NCBI GenBank assembly: GCA_937930175.1
Contig: CALGLP010000015.1
Span: 68,174 to 132,173 of the forward strand
Length of the DNA: 64,000 nucleotides
Origin: an uncultured bacterium
GTDB taxonomy: Bacteria; Omnitrophota; Gorgyraeia; Zapsychrales; Aceulaceae
Reading direction: 5' to 3'
The position numbers were made by a program, and so were the translations under genes. Shown piece after piece: positions 1 through 9,979 of the stretch. Within the stretch, counting starts at the first letter, position 1. The number at the start of each line of letters is the position of its first letter. A model generated the notes under the pieces. The model was given only the letters and a program-made list of their open reading frames with translations, did not search any database and was not told where the DNA came from.

Positions 1-570
1 ATCAGCCTGCTTAAAAGCCAATAACCCTTTTCGAAAAACCTGCGAAGGCATTTGTTTCTTATCATTGTTCCACTTCCAGAACATCCCCGCAATAATCTGC
101 AAAGGATGATCGCCTCCCTTTAAAAGCTCATCTAAAAGTTCCAAGGCCTCCACCTTACGATGACTGGCGATCACACGCATAAGATCAAAAGCATTATACC
201 GGGCCTTAGGGCTAAAGAAACAAGTACTGATCAGCTGGCCAAATTTCTTAGTAAGCAGATCCTTGTCATCAAGACTCTCGGCCTCAAGAATAATAATAAG
301 TTGATTCTTGGCTTGCTTATGGAGCTCGATGATCTTGTTTTTCTGCGCCGCAACAAGTTCATCGACCTGGCGGATCACAACAACACGCCTTTCTGACGCG
401 ACAGGCAAAGCGGTCAGGGCCTGGGCCAAGCTATCATTGTCAAGATGATGCCCATAAAGAACTTGATAATTAAACGAGAGAGATTCTTGGGAAGGAAGGG
501 CTTTAGCCTTAATTTCGGCTATCTTTTGTTCTTTGGCAAGATTGTCTTGGCCAAGGAGAAGGTAAATCAT
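1..570 (-). CDS. holA: DNA polymerase III subunit delta (HolA), N-terminal part. The gene continues past the window start
   Basis: The reverse-strand ATG at 568-570 directly follows the lptE stop (TAAATG). The translation MIYLLLGQDNLAKEQKIAEIKAKALPSQESLSFNYQVLYG... matches the HolA N-terminal pattern. The order lptE-holA also matches the known leuS-lptE-holA neighbourhood of proteobacteria. The ORF is absent from the ORF track because it has no stop inside the window. Confidence 0.6.
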   Translation of the reverse strand, partial: MIYLLLGQDNLAKEQKIAEIKAKALPSQESLSFNYQVLYGHHLDNDSLAQALTALPVASERRVVVIRQVDELVAAQKNKIIELHKQAKNQLIIILEAESLDDKDLLTKKFGQLISTCFFSPKARYNAFDLMRVIASHRKVEALELLDELLKGGDHPLQIIAGMFWKWNNDKKQMPSQVFRKGLLAFKQAD

Positions 571-1104
571 TTACCAATCTTCAACAGTTCTTTCAATAAT
601 ACGTTGGGCCAAATCTTTAACAGCCTCATCGATGGCCACGCTCTCGCTCTTGGCACTAGGTCCGTCAACGAGATAGGTTGATTCTCCGCCAAAGCTTGGT
701 TCTGTCCAAACAACCTCGTTCGTATGCGCATTAAGAAGCGTCATCGCCACAATAATCGTGATACGATACTCTCTGGCAACATCATAATCATCATAACGCA
801 AAACATCACGTCGATAATTGATCAACTCGCCTTTTAAAATGATATCGGCTTCCTCAGGCTTAGCAACCTTCAAGAACCCATCAGTAATAAAACGATTAAT
901 GGTTCCACTGGTCACCTTGACCTCCATCATAGGCACATAAAGATTTTTATTCCCTCCTTCGGTTCCGTAATCAACTTTATTCTGGAAAGGCGCAATATAA
1001 ATAGTCTTGATGCCATCCATAGTCGGTGACACAGTCCTTGTGGAATATCCACATCCACCAACGATCATCATGCCAATAAAAAGGAGACTAACGATTTTCT
1101 TCAT
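571..1104 (-). CDS. lptE: LPS-assembly lipoprotein LptE-like
   Basis: 177 aa with a signal peptide and lipobox (MIVGGCGY). The size, the β-rich composition and the position between bamD and holA all fit LptE. Its start overlaps the bamD stop (ATGA). Confidence 0.55.
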   Translation of the reverse strand: MKKIVSLLFIGMMIVGGCGYSTRTVSPTMDGIKTIYIAPFQNKVDYGTEGGNKNLYVPMMEVKVTSGTINRFITDGFLKVAKPEEADIILKGELINYRRDVLRYDDYDVAREYRITIIVAMTLLNAHTNEVVWTEPSFGGESTYLVDGPSAKSESVAIDEAVKDLAQRIIERTVEDW

Positions 1105-2051
1105 TTACCCTTTTTCTCTAAGATCCTCAACTGTTCAAGAGCTAAGGCCGCCCAAGAACTATCAGGAAAATCCATAATAATACTGTTATAATAAACTTTA
1201 GCTGCTTCATATTTTTTATTTTTCGCATAAAATTTCGCAACCAAAAAATTATTCTCCGCTTCTTTATTATTAAGGCTCGCGATCTCCTGCTTGGCCTTGG
1301 CGGAGAGTTCAGCGTCAGGATAATCCTTCACAAAAGCCTCAAAGGCCTCAGTCGCCGCTTTGGTCACTTTTTGATCATACTGAGCACTTGAAGAACGCGC
1401 CGCATCCACAACTGCAATCTGATATTTGGCTGCCTTAACCCATTCGCTCTGGGGATAATCATTGACGACCTTATCAAACTCATCACGGGCTTCTTGGTAC
1501 ATATTCTTTTCCGCTAAGTAAAGCCCGATCTTATACTGAGAAACAGCAGCATATTTTCCATACGGCGCATTCTTAATGACCGTACGAAAAACATCCACCA
1601 CATCATAGTCTCCCCCCGTCAAGGTTGTTATAAATTGATTCTTTTTTGGATTCTGAAGCATGCGTTCGCCAATTTTATACTGGCGCTCAACGACTTCCGG
1701 AGCAAGATCACTAAAAGGGTATTTTTCAATGACCTTCTGATATTCTTGAAAAGCCCGATACTCCTTGCCTAAATCTTCATAACAACGAGCAATCCCAAGC
1801 TGAGCCATAGGCGCTTCTTTGGCCTTGGGATAATGCTTGATAAGTTTTTCATATTCAAGAATGGCTTTAGGGTAATCTTTTTGCTGGTAGTATTGCTGGG
1901 CAAACGCCAACTGCTCTTGGGGCGTGCCTTTAACGGCATACTTAGGATTTTCCCATTTATTGGTCTCCGGCGTCCAAACCCAAAAGGCAAGGCAGGGGGT
2001 AGCGCAGGACATCACTATAATACTGATAATAATAAAGATGCTTTTTCTCAT
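1101..2051 (-). CDS. bamD: Outer membrane protein assembly factor BamD (TPR lipoprotein)
   Basis: TPR-like repeats throughout (YYQQKDYPKAILEYEKLIKHYP..., FYAKNKKYEAAKVYYNSII). Signal peptide with Cys (IVMSCATPC). ATG chosen at 2051; the ORF-track start at 2135 is GTG and would absorb a conserved intergenic motif. Confidence 0.65.
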   Translation of the reverse strand: MRKSIFIIISIIVMSCATPCLAFWVWTPETNKWENPKYAVKGTPQEQLAFAQQYYQQKDYPKAILEYEKLIKHYPKAKEAPMAQLGIARCYEDLGKEYRAFQEYQKVIEKYPFSDLAPEVVERQYKIGERMLQNPKKNQFITTLTGGDYDVVDVFRTVIKNAPYGKYAAVSQYKIGLYLAEKNMYQEARDEFDKVVNDYPQSEWVKAAKYQIAVVDAARSSSAQYDQKVTKAATEAFEAFVKDYPDAELSAKAKQEIASLNNKEAENNFLVAKFYAKNKKYEAAKVYYNSIIMDFPDSSWAALALEQLRILEKKGK

Positions 2052-2092
2052 GCCGTCCACTTTATCATAGTTAAATTTGGTTGTCAAATCTA

Positions 2093-2153
2093 CCTCGCGC
2101 GAATTCGCGTGAGGTAGATTTGCCCCAGGGAGCACAACGACCGCGAAGCTCCC
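2093..2153 (-). repeat. Intergenic element copy 1: a GC hairpin (CCTCGCGCGAATTCGCGTGAGG) next to the conserved motif CCCAGGGAGCnCnAnCGACCGCG
   Basis: It shares the motif and the hairpin-plus-motif arrangement with 17593..17648, although the two hairpin sequences differ. It lies between the DUF3465-like gene and bamD. Confidence 0.5.
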
Positions 2154-2297
2154 TTAATAAACATAAAAACACGCGAGGAGCTAATGAGCCATCCACTAGT
2201 TCGTTTGGCGGGCTCATTTGTCCTAAGGAATCCGTTCCCTTTAATCTCGGATGACTGTAGGACTTCCTTAAAATACTCTTATATTTTCTACGCTTCC

Positions 2298-2750
2298 TTA
2301 TTCGTATCGTACACCTTTGTGCTCAAGCCATCCACCAAACCGTCGATACTCCGGATCGTGGTGCGTCCAGTGGACAACGCCACCTTGACGATTCCACTCA
2401 TACTCCCCAGAAAAATAAACCTCATCCCCAACGGCTAGTTGATTGATCCGAGGCGCGATATCCATATTGTGCGCGATAAGAATTGTTTGACCCTGCGCTA
2501 ACTGTAGAACAAATTGCTGGTGACGACTTCCCTTGAGGTCGTCAGGTAAGATTTTGACAACCTGGCCTTTAGATTCAACAACAAGATTTGACTGATGATT
2601 ACGAAAAGCTGTCGCGATCTTCTGCGCATCATCGCGATGCGCCACAGCTGTGTCAATTGGCGTCGGCGCTAACACGCGGCCATCACAGCCATAACATAAG
2701 CAAAGCACTAAAAAAAGATAAAAGAACTTAGCGTATTTTTGCATCTTCAT
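2298..2750 (-). CDS. Small lipoprotein, DUF3465-like
   Basis: Signal peptide plus lipobox (LCLCYGCDG). The C-terminal motif GGVVHWTHHDPEY resembles the DUF3465 family. ATG at 2750 (MKMQKY...). Confidence 0.4.
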   Translation of the reverse strand: MKMQKYAKFFYLFLVLCLCYGCDGRVLAPTPIDTAVAHRDDAQKIATAFRNHQSNLVVESKGQVVKILPDDLKGSRHQQFVLQLAQGQTILIAHNMDIAPRINQLAVGDEVYFSGEYEWNRQGGVVHWTHHDPEYRRFGGWLEHKGVRYE

Positions 2751-2811
2751 CAATACTTAGGCAACGAATTCCCTCTCCCTAATCCAGGCGCATATACGCG
2801 CTTAAGGATTA

Positions 2812-5800
2812 TTATTGGATGGCTAAACTGCACCCTGCGTTCACCTTAATGTGATATCCCTCGCCTGGCTTAAAATTCCCGATCTGATTAACCCAAGTGC
2901 CGTTGACCAACGAAATTGTATGATTATGTTGATCGATCACTTGAATTAATTGACCAGCATCAATAAGCGGTTGTAAAACTGTTATGGCCTCCTGCTCCTG
3001 TATTGCAGGGAATCCCATGATATTCCATCCTTGATTCAACAGCAATGTCTGAGGGTAGGCAAGTGCTGAGCCTGCGATATCTAAGCTTGCCGGCGTGCTC
3101 AACTTAATTTTATAGCCTTCGCTAGGGTTCATTTGACCAATAGTGTTGAGGTTATATGCTGGCCACAAGATTCCTCCATGATCATCCTGAACCATTTGCA
3201 CGATCCCCTGGCTGATCAATGGCTCTAAGATAGAGGCCATATTCGCATTCGCGGGCATGATGCTAAACGCCATGATATTCCAGCCGCTGTCCAACGCAAT
3301 ATATTGACTGGGGGTCATTGCAATCCCCACAAAATTCTGGATCTTATTTTCTTGAATATTCGTATACGTCATTTCTGGCGGCCCAAAGAGATACCAATAA
3401 GCATGCGGGGTCAAGGTGACATTGTCTCCGGCATTGACGATGAAGGTATGGGCCGGCCACTGAGAAACATCGACCGTAGTCACGGAACCATTGATATTAA
3501 CGTCAAGTGTTGCCCCCGGAATCAACTCGCCATAATTATCACTAATATCCGTATAGATATGATATGTCACAGGTGGTATAGTAAACGGCTCTCCGATGGT
3601 AAAGGTTGACCCAGCAAAACTTGTATCAACCGCCTGAACGCCCCAATAGTAAAGAGTGCCTGGAACAAGATCCTTCACCAAACAGCTGGTGGTGTCCGGC
3701 AAGACATTTCCCCGCTGAGGCCCAATTTGAGCGACCCTTCTAAAGCCACTGCCAAGATCAGACATGGGCGATACCCTATCAACAGAGCCTGGTGCAGTTC
3801 CGATGTAAATATTATACGAAAGTCCTTCTGATGGCGTTTGCCCATCCATGGATTTCTGCCAGCTCAAAGTCACGTTGTTAGACAAGGAGCTTGTTGTCAA
3901 ACTACAAGGAGCTGATGGAAGCGTGTTCGCGGAAATATTAGAAACATTGCGATAGATCCGCGTCAAACGCGTAAGACCAAAATCCATAAAGACTAAACCG
4001 CTCATCGCCAAATCCAGGCGTCCATCTTGATTAAAATCACCCCAAACAAACGCATAATCGTCTACGTCCTGTATAGGCAGGTCACAACCAATATCGACGA
4101 ACAAGCCGTTCTCTTGATTCCTGAAAATATACTGAGCCACTTCCAAATCAAGCCGTCCGTCATTATCAAAATCTCCCCAAGAAAGGCTTCCAACCTTGTC
4201 ACCACATTCCGTGTAAGCATAAAGCGTAAAGACACCTTCTCCGTTATTTTTATAGATATAGAGAGCGGTGCCAGACGATTGATAAGTTGTCGTTCCGCTC
4301 ATCGCCAAGTCCAGGAGACCGTCATTATTAAAATCTCCCACAGCAAAACTTCCCATCGAAACTCCTGTCAAGCCAGCGTTCATATCCGTAAAAGTACTAT
4401 CGCCATTATTACGATAAATCCTTGTTAGACGGCCTTCGGAAGGATTATTCCCGCTCATAACAATGTCCAGGTATCCGTCATTGTCAAAATCCCCTAACCC
4501 AAAAGAAGCCTGCCAAAGCACAGGAAAACTAACGTTCGCATCTGTAAACGTTCCATTCCCATTGTTAAGAAAGATGCGGACAGCGTCATCCGCTGAACTG
4601 CTAGACGATTTGACAAGCAGCGCGACATCTAAATATCCGTCATTATTAAAATCCCCTGCAGCGACCAAGCCTCCACCTGAGAAATCTTCTGTTCCAGGCA
4701 ATCCGGCCGCAATATCTGTAAAAGTTCCATCGGTATTATTTCGGAAAATAGCCGTTCCACTCTTTGGTGTTTGATTGGGATAATAAAACCGGATAACGAG
4801 ATCCAGCCATCCATCATTATTAAAATCCCCCCACACCAAACCATTCTCTATCGCCCCTGGCAAATCAGCTTCAATATCCGTAAAAGTGCCATCAGCATCA
4901 TTACGATAAACCTTGGTGAATCTTTCATCGTCTGAATTTTTACCGCTTACAGCCAGATCCAGAAAGCCATCATTATTAAAATCACCCCAAGCCAAAGAGC
5001 TCTGAGAAGCCCCTTCAAGCCCTGCGTCAATATTGACAAATGAAAACGTTTTGCTGACGGAAATCTGAAAAATGATCTGCACCTGATACCCTTGAGCTGT
5101 GTTCACGCTTAGCGCAAGGGGGATCGCTTCCCCGGGTTGAGCATCCGCAGACACCGTGATCTCAAAGATATCGGGTAAGATCGCAAAACCTACTGATCCC
5201 GTGGCAATAGCGCCATAATACGCCTGGCTTGCCAAGACGGAAACATGCGGGCTCTGCGAAGTCAAGACCGCGCTAACATCCGTCAGCGGATCAACGGAAA
5301 GCGAACTATTACGCAGCCCAAAATTGATCTTCACAGACTCTCCGGGATTGATCGCCCCATTATTATTCCCCCCAACACTATCATCAACGACAAAACTCTG
5401 AAAATGCAAGCTATAATATGGCGCCGGCTGTGACACAAGGGTCGCTAAGGCATTCACGCGGCCGTAGCCAAAATAAATATCTTTACCCGCCTCTCCAATA
5501 TCATCAACGCCCTGGCGTAAAATGCTGCGCAGCTCCAAATTGCTAAGCTCAGGCCGATGCGATAGCGCAAGCGCGGCAACGCCAGCGACATGCGGACAGG
5601 CCATAGATGTTCCACTCAGATAAAAATACTCTCCCCCCACAATACGGCTTGGGTAATTGATCGCGAAAAATGAATCTTCCGCCAACAGCGAAAGCACGCC
5701 AACTCCCGGCGCTGAAACTTCGATCTTGTCCCCATAATTCGAAAAAGATCCCTTTTGATCATCCGAATCTGTAGCGGCAACGGCAATGACACTTTCATAA

Positions 5801-7140
5801 CATGCTGGATAAGCGGGAATGACGCCAAGATCCCAATTGCTATTTCCCGACGAGGCGAGCACTAAGCAACCCATATTATAATAGGCATAATCAACAGCAT
5901 CTTTGATCATCTGAGAATAAACCGATCCTCCCCAGGAATTGCTTAAAATATCTGCACCCTTATTAGCCGCGTAGTATATAGAAGGCGCTAGGGTCTCATC
6001 GCTTCCTTTTCCACTATCCGAAAACCCCTTCACCGCCATGATCTTGGCCTCGGGCGCGACCCCAATAACACCGAGATTATTGTTGCCAACTGCCGCGATG
6101 GTCCCCGCGCAGTGCGTTCCATGACCATACCCGTCCATGGGATCATCATCATTGTAATAAAAATCATACCCATAATTTCCATTACTATCCTGCCACATGT
6201 TTCCCATAATATCCGAGTGGCTATAATCAACGCCTGTATCGATAACCGCGACAACAACCCCGCTGCCCCGCACCACATCCCAGGCCGGTTGAGCATTCAG
6301 TTTATCAAATTTAAGCGCGTAGAGATCATCGTAGGTCTGCCCCCATGATCCGCTGGTGTAAAAATAAGGGTCATTGGGATAAGAATTATTAACCGTATAA
6401 ACATAATTTGGCTCAGCATATTCGATGTTGGGATCAGATGACAAATCTTTCGCAAGCTCTTCCACAGGCTTGTCTGTGCGCACATTCTTGAAAATGTAGA
6501 CATTGGCAAAATCAAAGGCTTTTAGGTTTCGCGCTGGTATTGTTCTTTTTTGGGACAGCTGATCAAAAATGGCACTCGTGATATCGTCCTCTGATTCTTT
6601 CTGGCTTCGCATGGCTTCGTGCAACATTTTAAAAACCGGCTCAACCGTTGTTTCATCGCTAATCAAAGCGATCATCGAGGAAGGCAAGTCACCAGAAGAA
6701 CGCATGGCCATAGCTTTAAAACGAAAATCTTGTTGAGCCTGGCTAGCATTCTTGAATGATTCCGCAATCGTTAAGTTAATTTTAGCGGCTTGACCCAAGT
6801 CACCTTTGGCCTCAAGCATTTCCTTTTCTTTGGTTAACGATCCAAAGGTTTTAAACTTAACAACGATCTCTCCGGGAACATATCCGAGATCGCGCGCAGG
6901 ATCTGACGCCCCGCTAACGGACAGGACATCTTTGCTGCCGAATTCGAGAGAGGAAGGCAACTTATCCCATGCCTTGCCCGATGTTTTTTCCTGATCAACA
7001 AAAACAAACGCTTTCGAAGACTTACCGCTGAGCCCAAAAACTTTCTGGTTTCTGGCTGAGGCTGTTGCCAGAAAAAATAAGATCGTAAAGCTAAAAAATA
7101 CACCTACCATTAAACAACTACCCAGAAATTTATTTTTCAT
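2812..7140 (-). CDS. Secreted subtilisin-like serine peptidase (S8) with a seven-blade FG-GAP/integrin-alpha propeller and C-terminal β-domains
   Basis: S8 catalytic triad motifs are present: AVIDTGVDYSHSD (Asp), HGTHCAGTIAA (His) and GTSMACPHVAGVAALA (Ser). Seven repeats of (W/L/V/A)GDFNNDG(x)LD(L/I) follow. Signal peptide (MKNKFLGSCLMVGVFFSF). RBS AGGAGAAAA sits upstream of the ATG at 7140; the ORF-track start is TTG at 7176. Confidence 0.85.
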   Translation of the reverse strand: MKNKFLGSCLMVGVFFSFTILFFLATASARNQKVFGLSGKSSKAFVFVDQEKTSGKAWDKLPSSLEFGSKDVLSVSGASDPARDLGYVPGEIVVKFKTFGSLTKEKEMLEAKGDLGQAAKINLTIAESFKNASQAQQDFRFKAMAMRSSGDLPSSMIALISDETTVEPVFKMLHEAMRSQKESEDDITSAIFDQLSQKRTIPARNLKAFDFANVYIFKNVRTDKPVEELAKDLSSDPNIEYAEPNYVYTVNNSYPNDPYFYTSGSWGQTYDDLYALKFDKLNAQPAWDVVRGSGVVVAVIDTGVDYSHSDIMGNMWQDSNGNYGYDFYYNDDDPMDGYGHGTHCAGTIAAVGNNNLGVIGVAPEAKIMAVKGFSDSGKGSDETLAPSIYYAANKGADILSNSWGGSVYSQMIKDAVDYAYYNMGCLVLASSGNSNWDLGVIPAYPACYESVIAVAATDSDDQKGSFSNYGDKIEVSAPGVGVLSLLAEDSFFAINYPSRIVGGEYFYLSGTSMACPHVAGVAALALSHRPELSNLELRSILRQGVDDIGEAGKDIYFGYGRVNALATLVSQPAPYYSLHFQSFVVDDSVGGNNNGAINPGESVKINFGLRNSSLSVDPLTDVSAVLTSQSPHVSVLASQAYYGAIATGSVGFAILPDIFEITVSADAQPGEAIPLALSVNTAQGYQVQIIFQISVSKTFSFVNIDAGLEGASQSSLAWGDFNNDGFLDLAVSGKNSDDERFTKVYRNDADGTFTDIEADLPGAIENGLVWGDFNNDGWLDLVIRFYYPNQTPKSGTAIFRNNTDGTFTDIAAGLPGTEDFSGGGLVAAGDFNNDGYLDVALLVKSSSSSADDAVRIFLNNGNGTFTDANVSFPVLWQASFGLGDFDNDGYLDIVMSGNNPSEGRLTRIYRNNGDSTFTDMNAGLTGVSMGSFAVGDFNNDGLLDLAMSGTTTYQSSGTALYIYKNNGEGVFTLYAYTECGDKVGSLSWGDFDNDGRLDLEVAQYIFRNQENGLFVDIGCDLPIQDVDDYAFVWGDFNQDGRLDLAMSGLVFMDFGLTRLTRIYRNVSNISANTLPSAPCSLTTSSLSNNVTLSWQKSMDGQTPSEGLSYNIYIGTAPGSVDRVSPMSDLGSGFRRVAQIGPQRGNVLPDTTSCLVKDLVPGTLYYWGVQAVDTSFAGSTFTIGEPFTIPPVTYHIYTDISDNYGELIPGATLDVNINGSVTTVDVSQWPAHTFIVNAGDNVTLTPHAYWYLFGPPEMTYTNIQENKIQNFVGIAMTPSQYIALDSGWNIMAFSIMPANANMASILEPLISQGIVQMVQDDHGGILWPAYNLNTIGQMNPSEGYKIKLSTPASLDIAGSALAYPQTLLLNQGWNIMGFPAIQEQEAITVLQPLIDAGQLIQVIDQHNHTISLVNGTWVNQIGNFKPGEGYHIKVNAGCSLAIQ

Positions 7141-7256
7141 TTTTCTCCTATAGGAATAATTTTTATTAATCACCAAGTCCTCATTCCAGAATCTAAGATA
7201 ATAACAGCATCAAAGCGCGTCCATTGCTGGAGCAAGCCAACCACTCTTTAAAAAGA

Positions 7257-7943
7257 TTACCGGACAAGCTCTCCGGGAACAGCTTCATCATCGATCTTAA
7301 GATATTTTTCGATTTCCTGCTCGATAAACAAGGCCTCGGCCTTAGACATCAGGCCGGACACCAATTCAATCACTTTACCCTCACGTGTCAAAACCTGAAC
7401 AGAATACGAATAGGAATATCCATTCTTATGATGATGAACCACTTCCTTAGAAAATAGCTGTTTCAAATCGCGTTTAGCAAGAGTCTTGGCTCCAGCCCAA
7501 GGCAAAGGCTTGTGGCTAATCGTCAAAGAATCATAGGCGAACGATAGATACGTTTTATTGAAGAATCCAGCCAAAACCGCATACAACAACCCCACGCCCA
7601 CAGCCCCATGCAGCGACCCAAACAGTGCCATGTTGTAAACCTTTTGCTTCATCGCGGTATAAAACCAGAAGCTCATAAAACCGTTCCACAACAAACAAAA
7701 AAAGGTCAAACCAAAGACAGAAGGATGAAACCATCTGCGCACAATGATAAAGCTATTGGCATCACGGGTTAATGTAAAGTTATTTGGCTTGCTGACAGGG
7801 CTCCTGTCTTTTGTTGAAACTGCGGGGAGCTGGCCTGAACAATCAAAAATGTTGTTGCACCCCGAGCATTTGGCAATCTTTCCCGTCAAATCAACATCAC
7901 CTGCGGGGACCTCGTTATTACACGCTGGACAATGTATTTTCAT
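7257..7943 (-). CDS. Zinc-ribbon (CPAC...CSGC) membrane protein, hypothetical
   Basis: N-terminal MKIHCPACNNEV...KCSGCNN zinc ribbon followed by hydrophobic helices. GGAGG RBS 6 nt upstream of the ATG at 7943. Confidence 0.45.
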   Translation of the reverse strand: MKIHCPACNNEVPAGDVDLTGKIAKCSGCNNIFDCSGQLPAVSTKDRSPVSKPNNFTLTRDANSFIIVRRWFHPSVFGLTFFCLLWNGFMSFWFYTAMKQKVYNMALFGSLHGAVGVGLLYAVLAGFFNKTYLSFAYDSLTISHKPLPWAGAKTLAKRDLKQLFSKEVVHHHKNGYSYSYSVQVLTREGKVIELVSGLMSKAEALFIEQEIEKYLKIDDEAVPGELVR

Positions 7944-7966
7944 AATCCTCCTAAAAATCCTTTTTC

Positions 7967-9136
7967 TTAATCCCTTGAAAAAGCCAAATACCCGAGAATG
8001 ACAGGAAACGTTACAATGCCTACGATCGGTATAACCATCAGAATCCCTAACCACCAAGGCTTATTCACAGCAACAGCAACCTTACACCAGACAGAACCAT
8101 AAAACCAAAACCACCATAAAAATATAAATATATTCAAAACTGGCACAACAGAAAGCAATAAAAGCAATAAATTCCAAAGACTCACCTCTGCAATCATAAG
8201 AGGCAAAGCGAGCAGATTTACAATCGGAATCCATGCTATCCAAGCCAGCTCCTTATATGTTCTTTTCGCCAACAGGTATAGACAAAATGAGTAATAAAAA
8301 TAGCTGAGAATAGATAAAAACCAAAAAAAGTATTTATATTTGATCTGCAGAATCGCCAACACTAACAAGAAATTCATAAATTCTTTTATAGGGCCTTTCT
8401 TTCTAAGCGGACAAGTGGACGCGGCACCCTCTTCAGTCTCGGATGCATCCTGAAGACCAGCTTGAAAAGCCTCCACGAGTTTTAACATGTTCTCATCTGT
8501 AAAAACGGATCCCATTACTTTCAACATCACGGAAATACGCTTTGGAGAATTTTTCGATACGCCTGCAGCATCAAGCTCAGCTACTTCTTTTTTCATTTCC
8601 TGAACAACTGCTTGAGCTGCAGCCCGTTCTTCAGGGCTTAACTCCTCTTCAGGCCTGTATTTACCTGCAATAGCTCTAAGAATTTTCTCTGTCTTTTCTT
8701 GCTCCTGAGGGCTTAATTCTTTTGCAAAATCAACGGAAGGCTCAGACGAAACTGTTTCCCCTGCAGTAGAGCGAAACTCCAGACTCTTCTCAGGGGTAAC
8801 GATAAGCTTATCCGCATTATGTTCTTGAAGCGCAGTTGATATCGACAGAGGCGCTGACGCCTTGCTTGCTTGGGCTTTCGCCTCAGCCTGCTTCTTGATG
8901 GCTATTTCCACAGGATCTCCGTCAATGCTCTCAACATCATCAAGATCATAGGTCACGGAGGCCCCAAAAACTTTTATTGTTATCTCCTTATCTGTTTGCT
9001 CAACCAATTTTCCTTGCCGCTCAACTCCTGACTTGAGCATGATTGTTTTCAAAGTTTTGGGAGCAGCAGAGTTTTGACCAAAACATAGCGAACCCGCAAC
9101 GAAGACAGCAAACAACGCAAGCCATATCTTTTTCAT
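7967..9136 (-). CDS. Hypothetical protein: signal peptide, charged/coiled central region and an aromatic-rich polytopic C-terminal membrane domain
   Basis: MKKIWLALFAVFVAGSLCFGQ signal. C-terminal segments rich in W/F/L such as LWWFWFYGSVW. No recognised catalytic motif. Confidence 0.4.
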   Translation of the reverse strand: MKKIWLALFAVFVAGSLCFGQNSAAPKTLKTIMLKSGVERQGKLVEQTDKEITIKVFGASVTYDLDDVESIDGDPVEIAIKKQAEAKAQASKASAPLSISTALQEHNADKLIVTPEKSLEFRSTAGETVSSEPSVDFAKELSPQEQEKTEKILRAIAGKYRPEEELSPEERAAAQAVVQEMKKEVAELDAAGVSKNSPKRISVMLKVMGSVFTDENMLKLVEAFQAGLQDASETEEGAASTCPLRKKGPIKEFMNFLLVLAILQIKYKYFFWFLSILSYFYYSFCLYLLAKRTYKELAWIAWIPIVNLLALPLMIAEVSLWNLLLLLLSVVPVLNIFIFLWWFWFYGSVWCKVAVAVNKPWWLGILMVIPIVGIVTFPVILGYLAFSRD

Positions 9137-9218
9137 CTCTTTCCCCTTTTTTGTAAACTTTCTAAATTTTTACTACATTTTTATTTTAACAAAGTAATCA
9201 TAAACTTTTAGAGAATAA

Positions 9219-9869
9219 TTACAATTTATTAATAACAGCAAATACGATCCTGAGACCTAAAAAAATAAGAATTCCGCCAGAAACATATTGCACAATATGT
9301 TTCATTTTTTCGTTTCTCGATAGAACTTCCGTCACCTTTCCTGACACGGCAACCAAAATAGCCAAGGGCGACAAAACGGTTCCCAAACCAAAGACGAGTA
9401 AAAACATCATGGCGTCCAACGGGCTTTTGGCGATTAAGACAACATAGTTAAGCATTGCAAAAAGTGGCAGGCAAGGCGAAAGGCCGACCAAGAAGCCAGC
9501 AACTCCGACGTTGTGGATGTTTCCTTTGTTCAAGAAAGCGCATGTTTTTCCAAAAAAACTTTTTGCGCCCAAACATGTTGCGATCCCCAGCAAAACAATG
9601 AAGATGCCTAAGGCAAAATAAACACCTTGCGTATATCGTGAAATGGTTTCGCTTTGCAAGTAAGCAGCACCCAAGGCGCAAACAAAACCCCAAAACACAT
9701 AACTCACAAGCCTTCCCAAGGAAAAGACGCTATAGGAATAAAGCGACGGGCCAAATCCTTTCTTTTGGGCTGCTGTATAGATTATGAGAAACGGCGCGCA
9801 AAAGCTAAGACACGGGCCTGAGCCTAAGACAATTCCGCTTAAGAATAAATAAGATAGATTTTCAATCAT
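9219..9869 (-). CDS. CcdA/DsbD-like thiol-disulfide membrane transporter family protein (cytochrome c biogenesis transmembrane region type)
   Basis: About 6 TM helices with Cys pairs in TM1 (GSGPCLSFCAPF) and TM4 (GLSPCLPLF), resembling the SPCxxP motif of CcdA/DsbD_2 proteins. Confidence 0.4.
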   Translation of the reverse strand: MIENLSYLFLSGIVLGSGPCLSFCAPFLIIYTAAQKKGFGPSLYSYSVFSLGRLVSYVFWGFVCALGAAYLQSETISRYTQGVYFALGIFIVLLGIATCLGAKSFFGKTCAFLNKGNIHNVGVAGFLVGLSPCLPLFAMLNYVVLIAKSPLDAMMFLLVFGLGTVLSPLAILVAVSGKVTEVLSRNEKMKHIVQYVSGGILIFLGLRIVFAVINKL

Positions 9870-9979
9870 AGATTATGTAGGATAGTAAAAGCCGTATCTA
9901 GCATCGAGTATTTAGTCGCTAGCAAAGCAAACACTCAAGACTATATACCCTATACTACCGACTATTAATTTGATTTTCT

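Noticed and set aside
1101-2135. Longer BamD start (GTG at 2135) as in the ORF track
   Set aside because: It would translate through the conserved intergenic motif and hairpin (2093-2153) and add a non-hydrophobic 28-aa leader ahead of the signal peptide. The ATG at 2051 gives a proper lipoprotein N-terminus.
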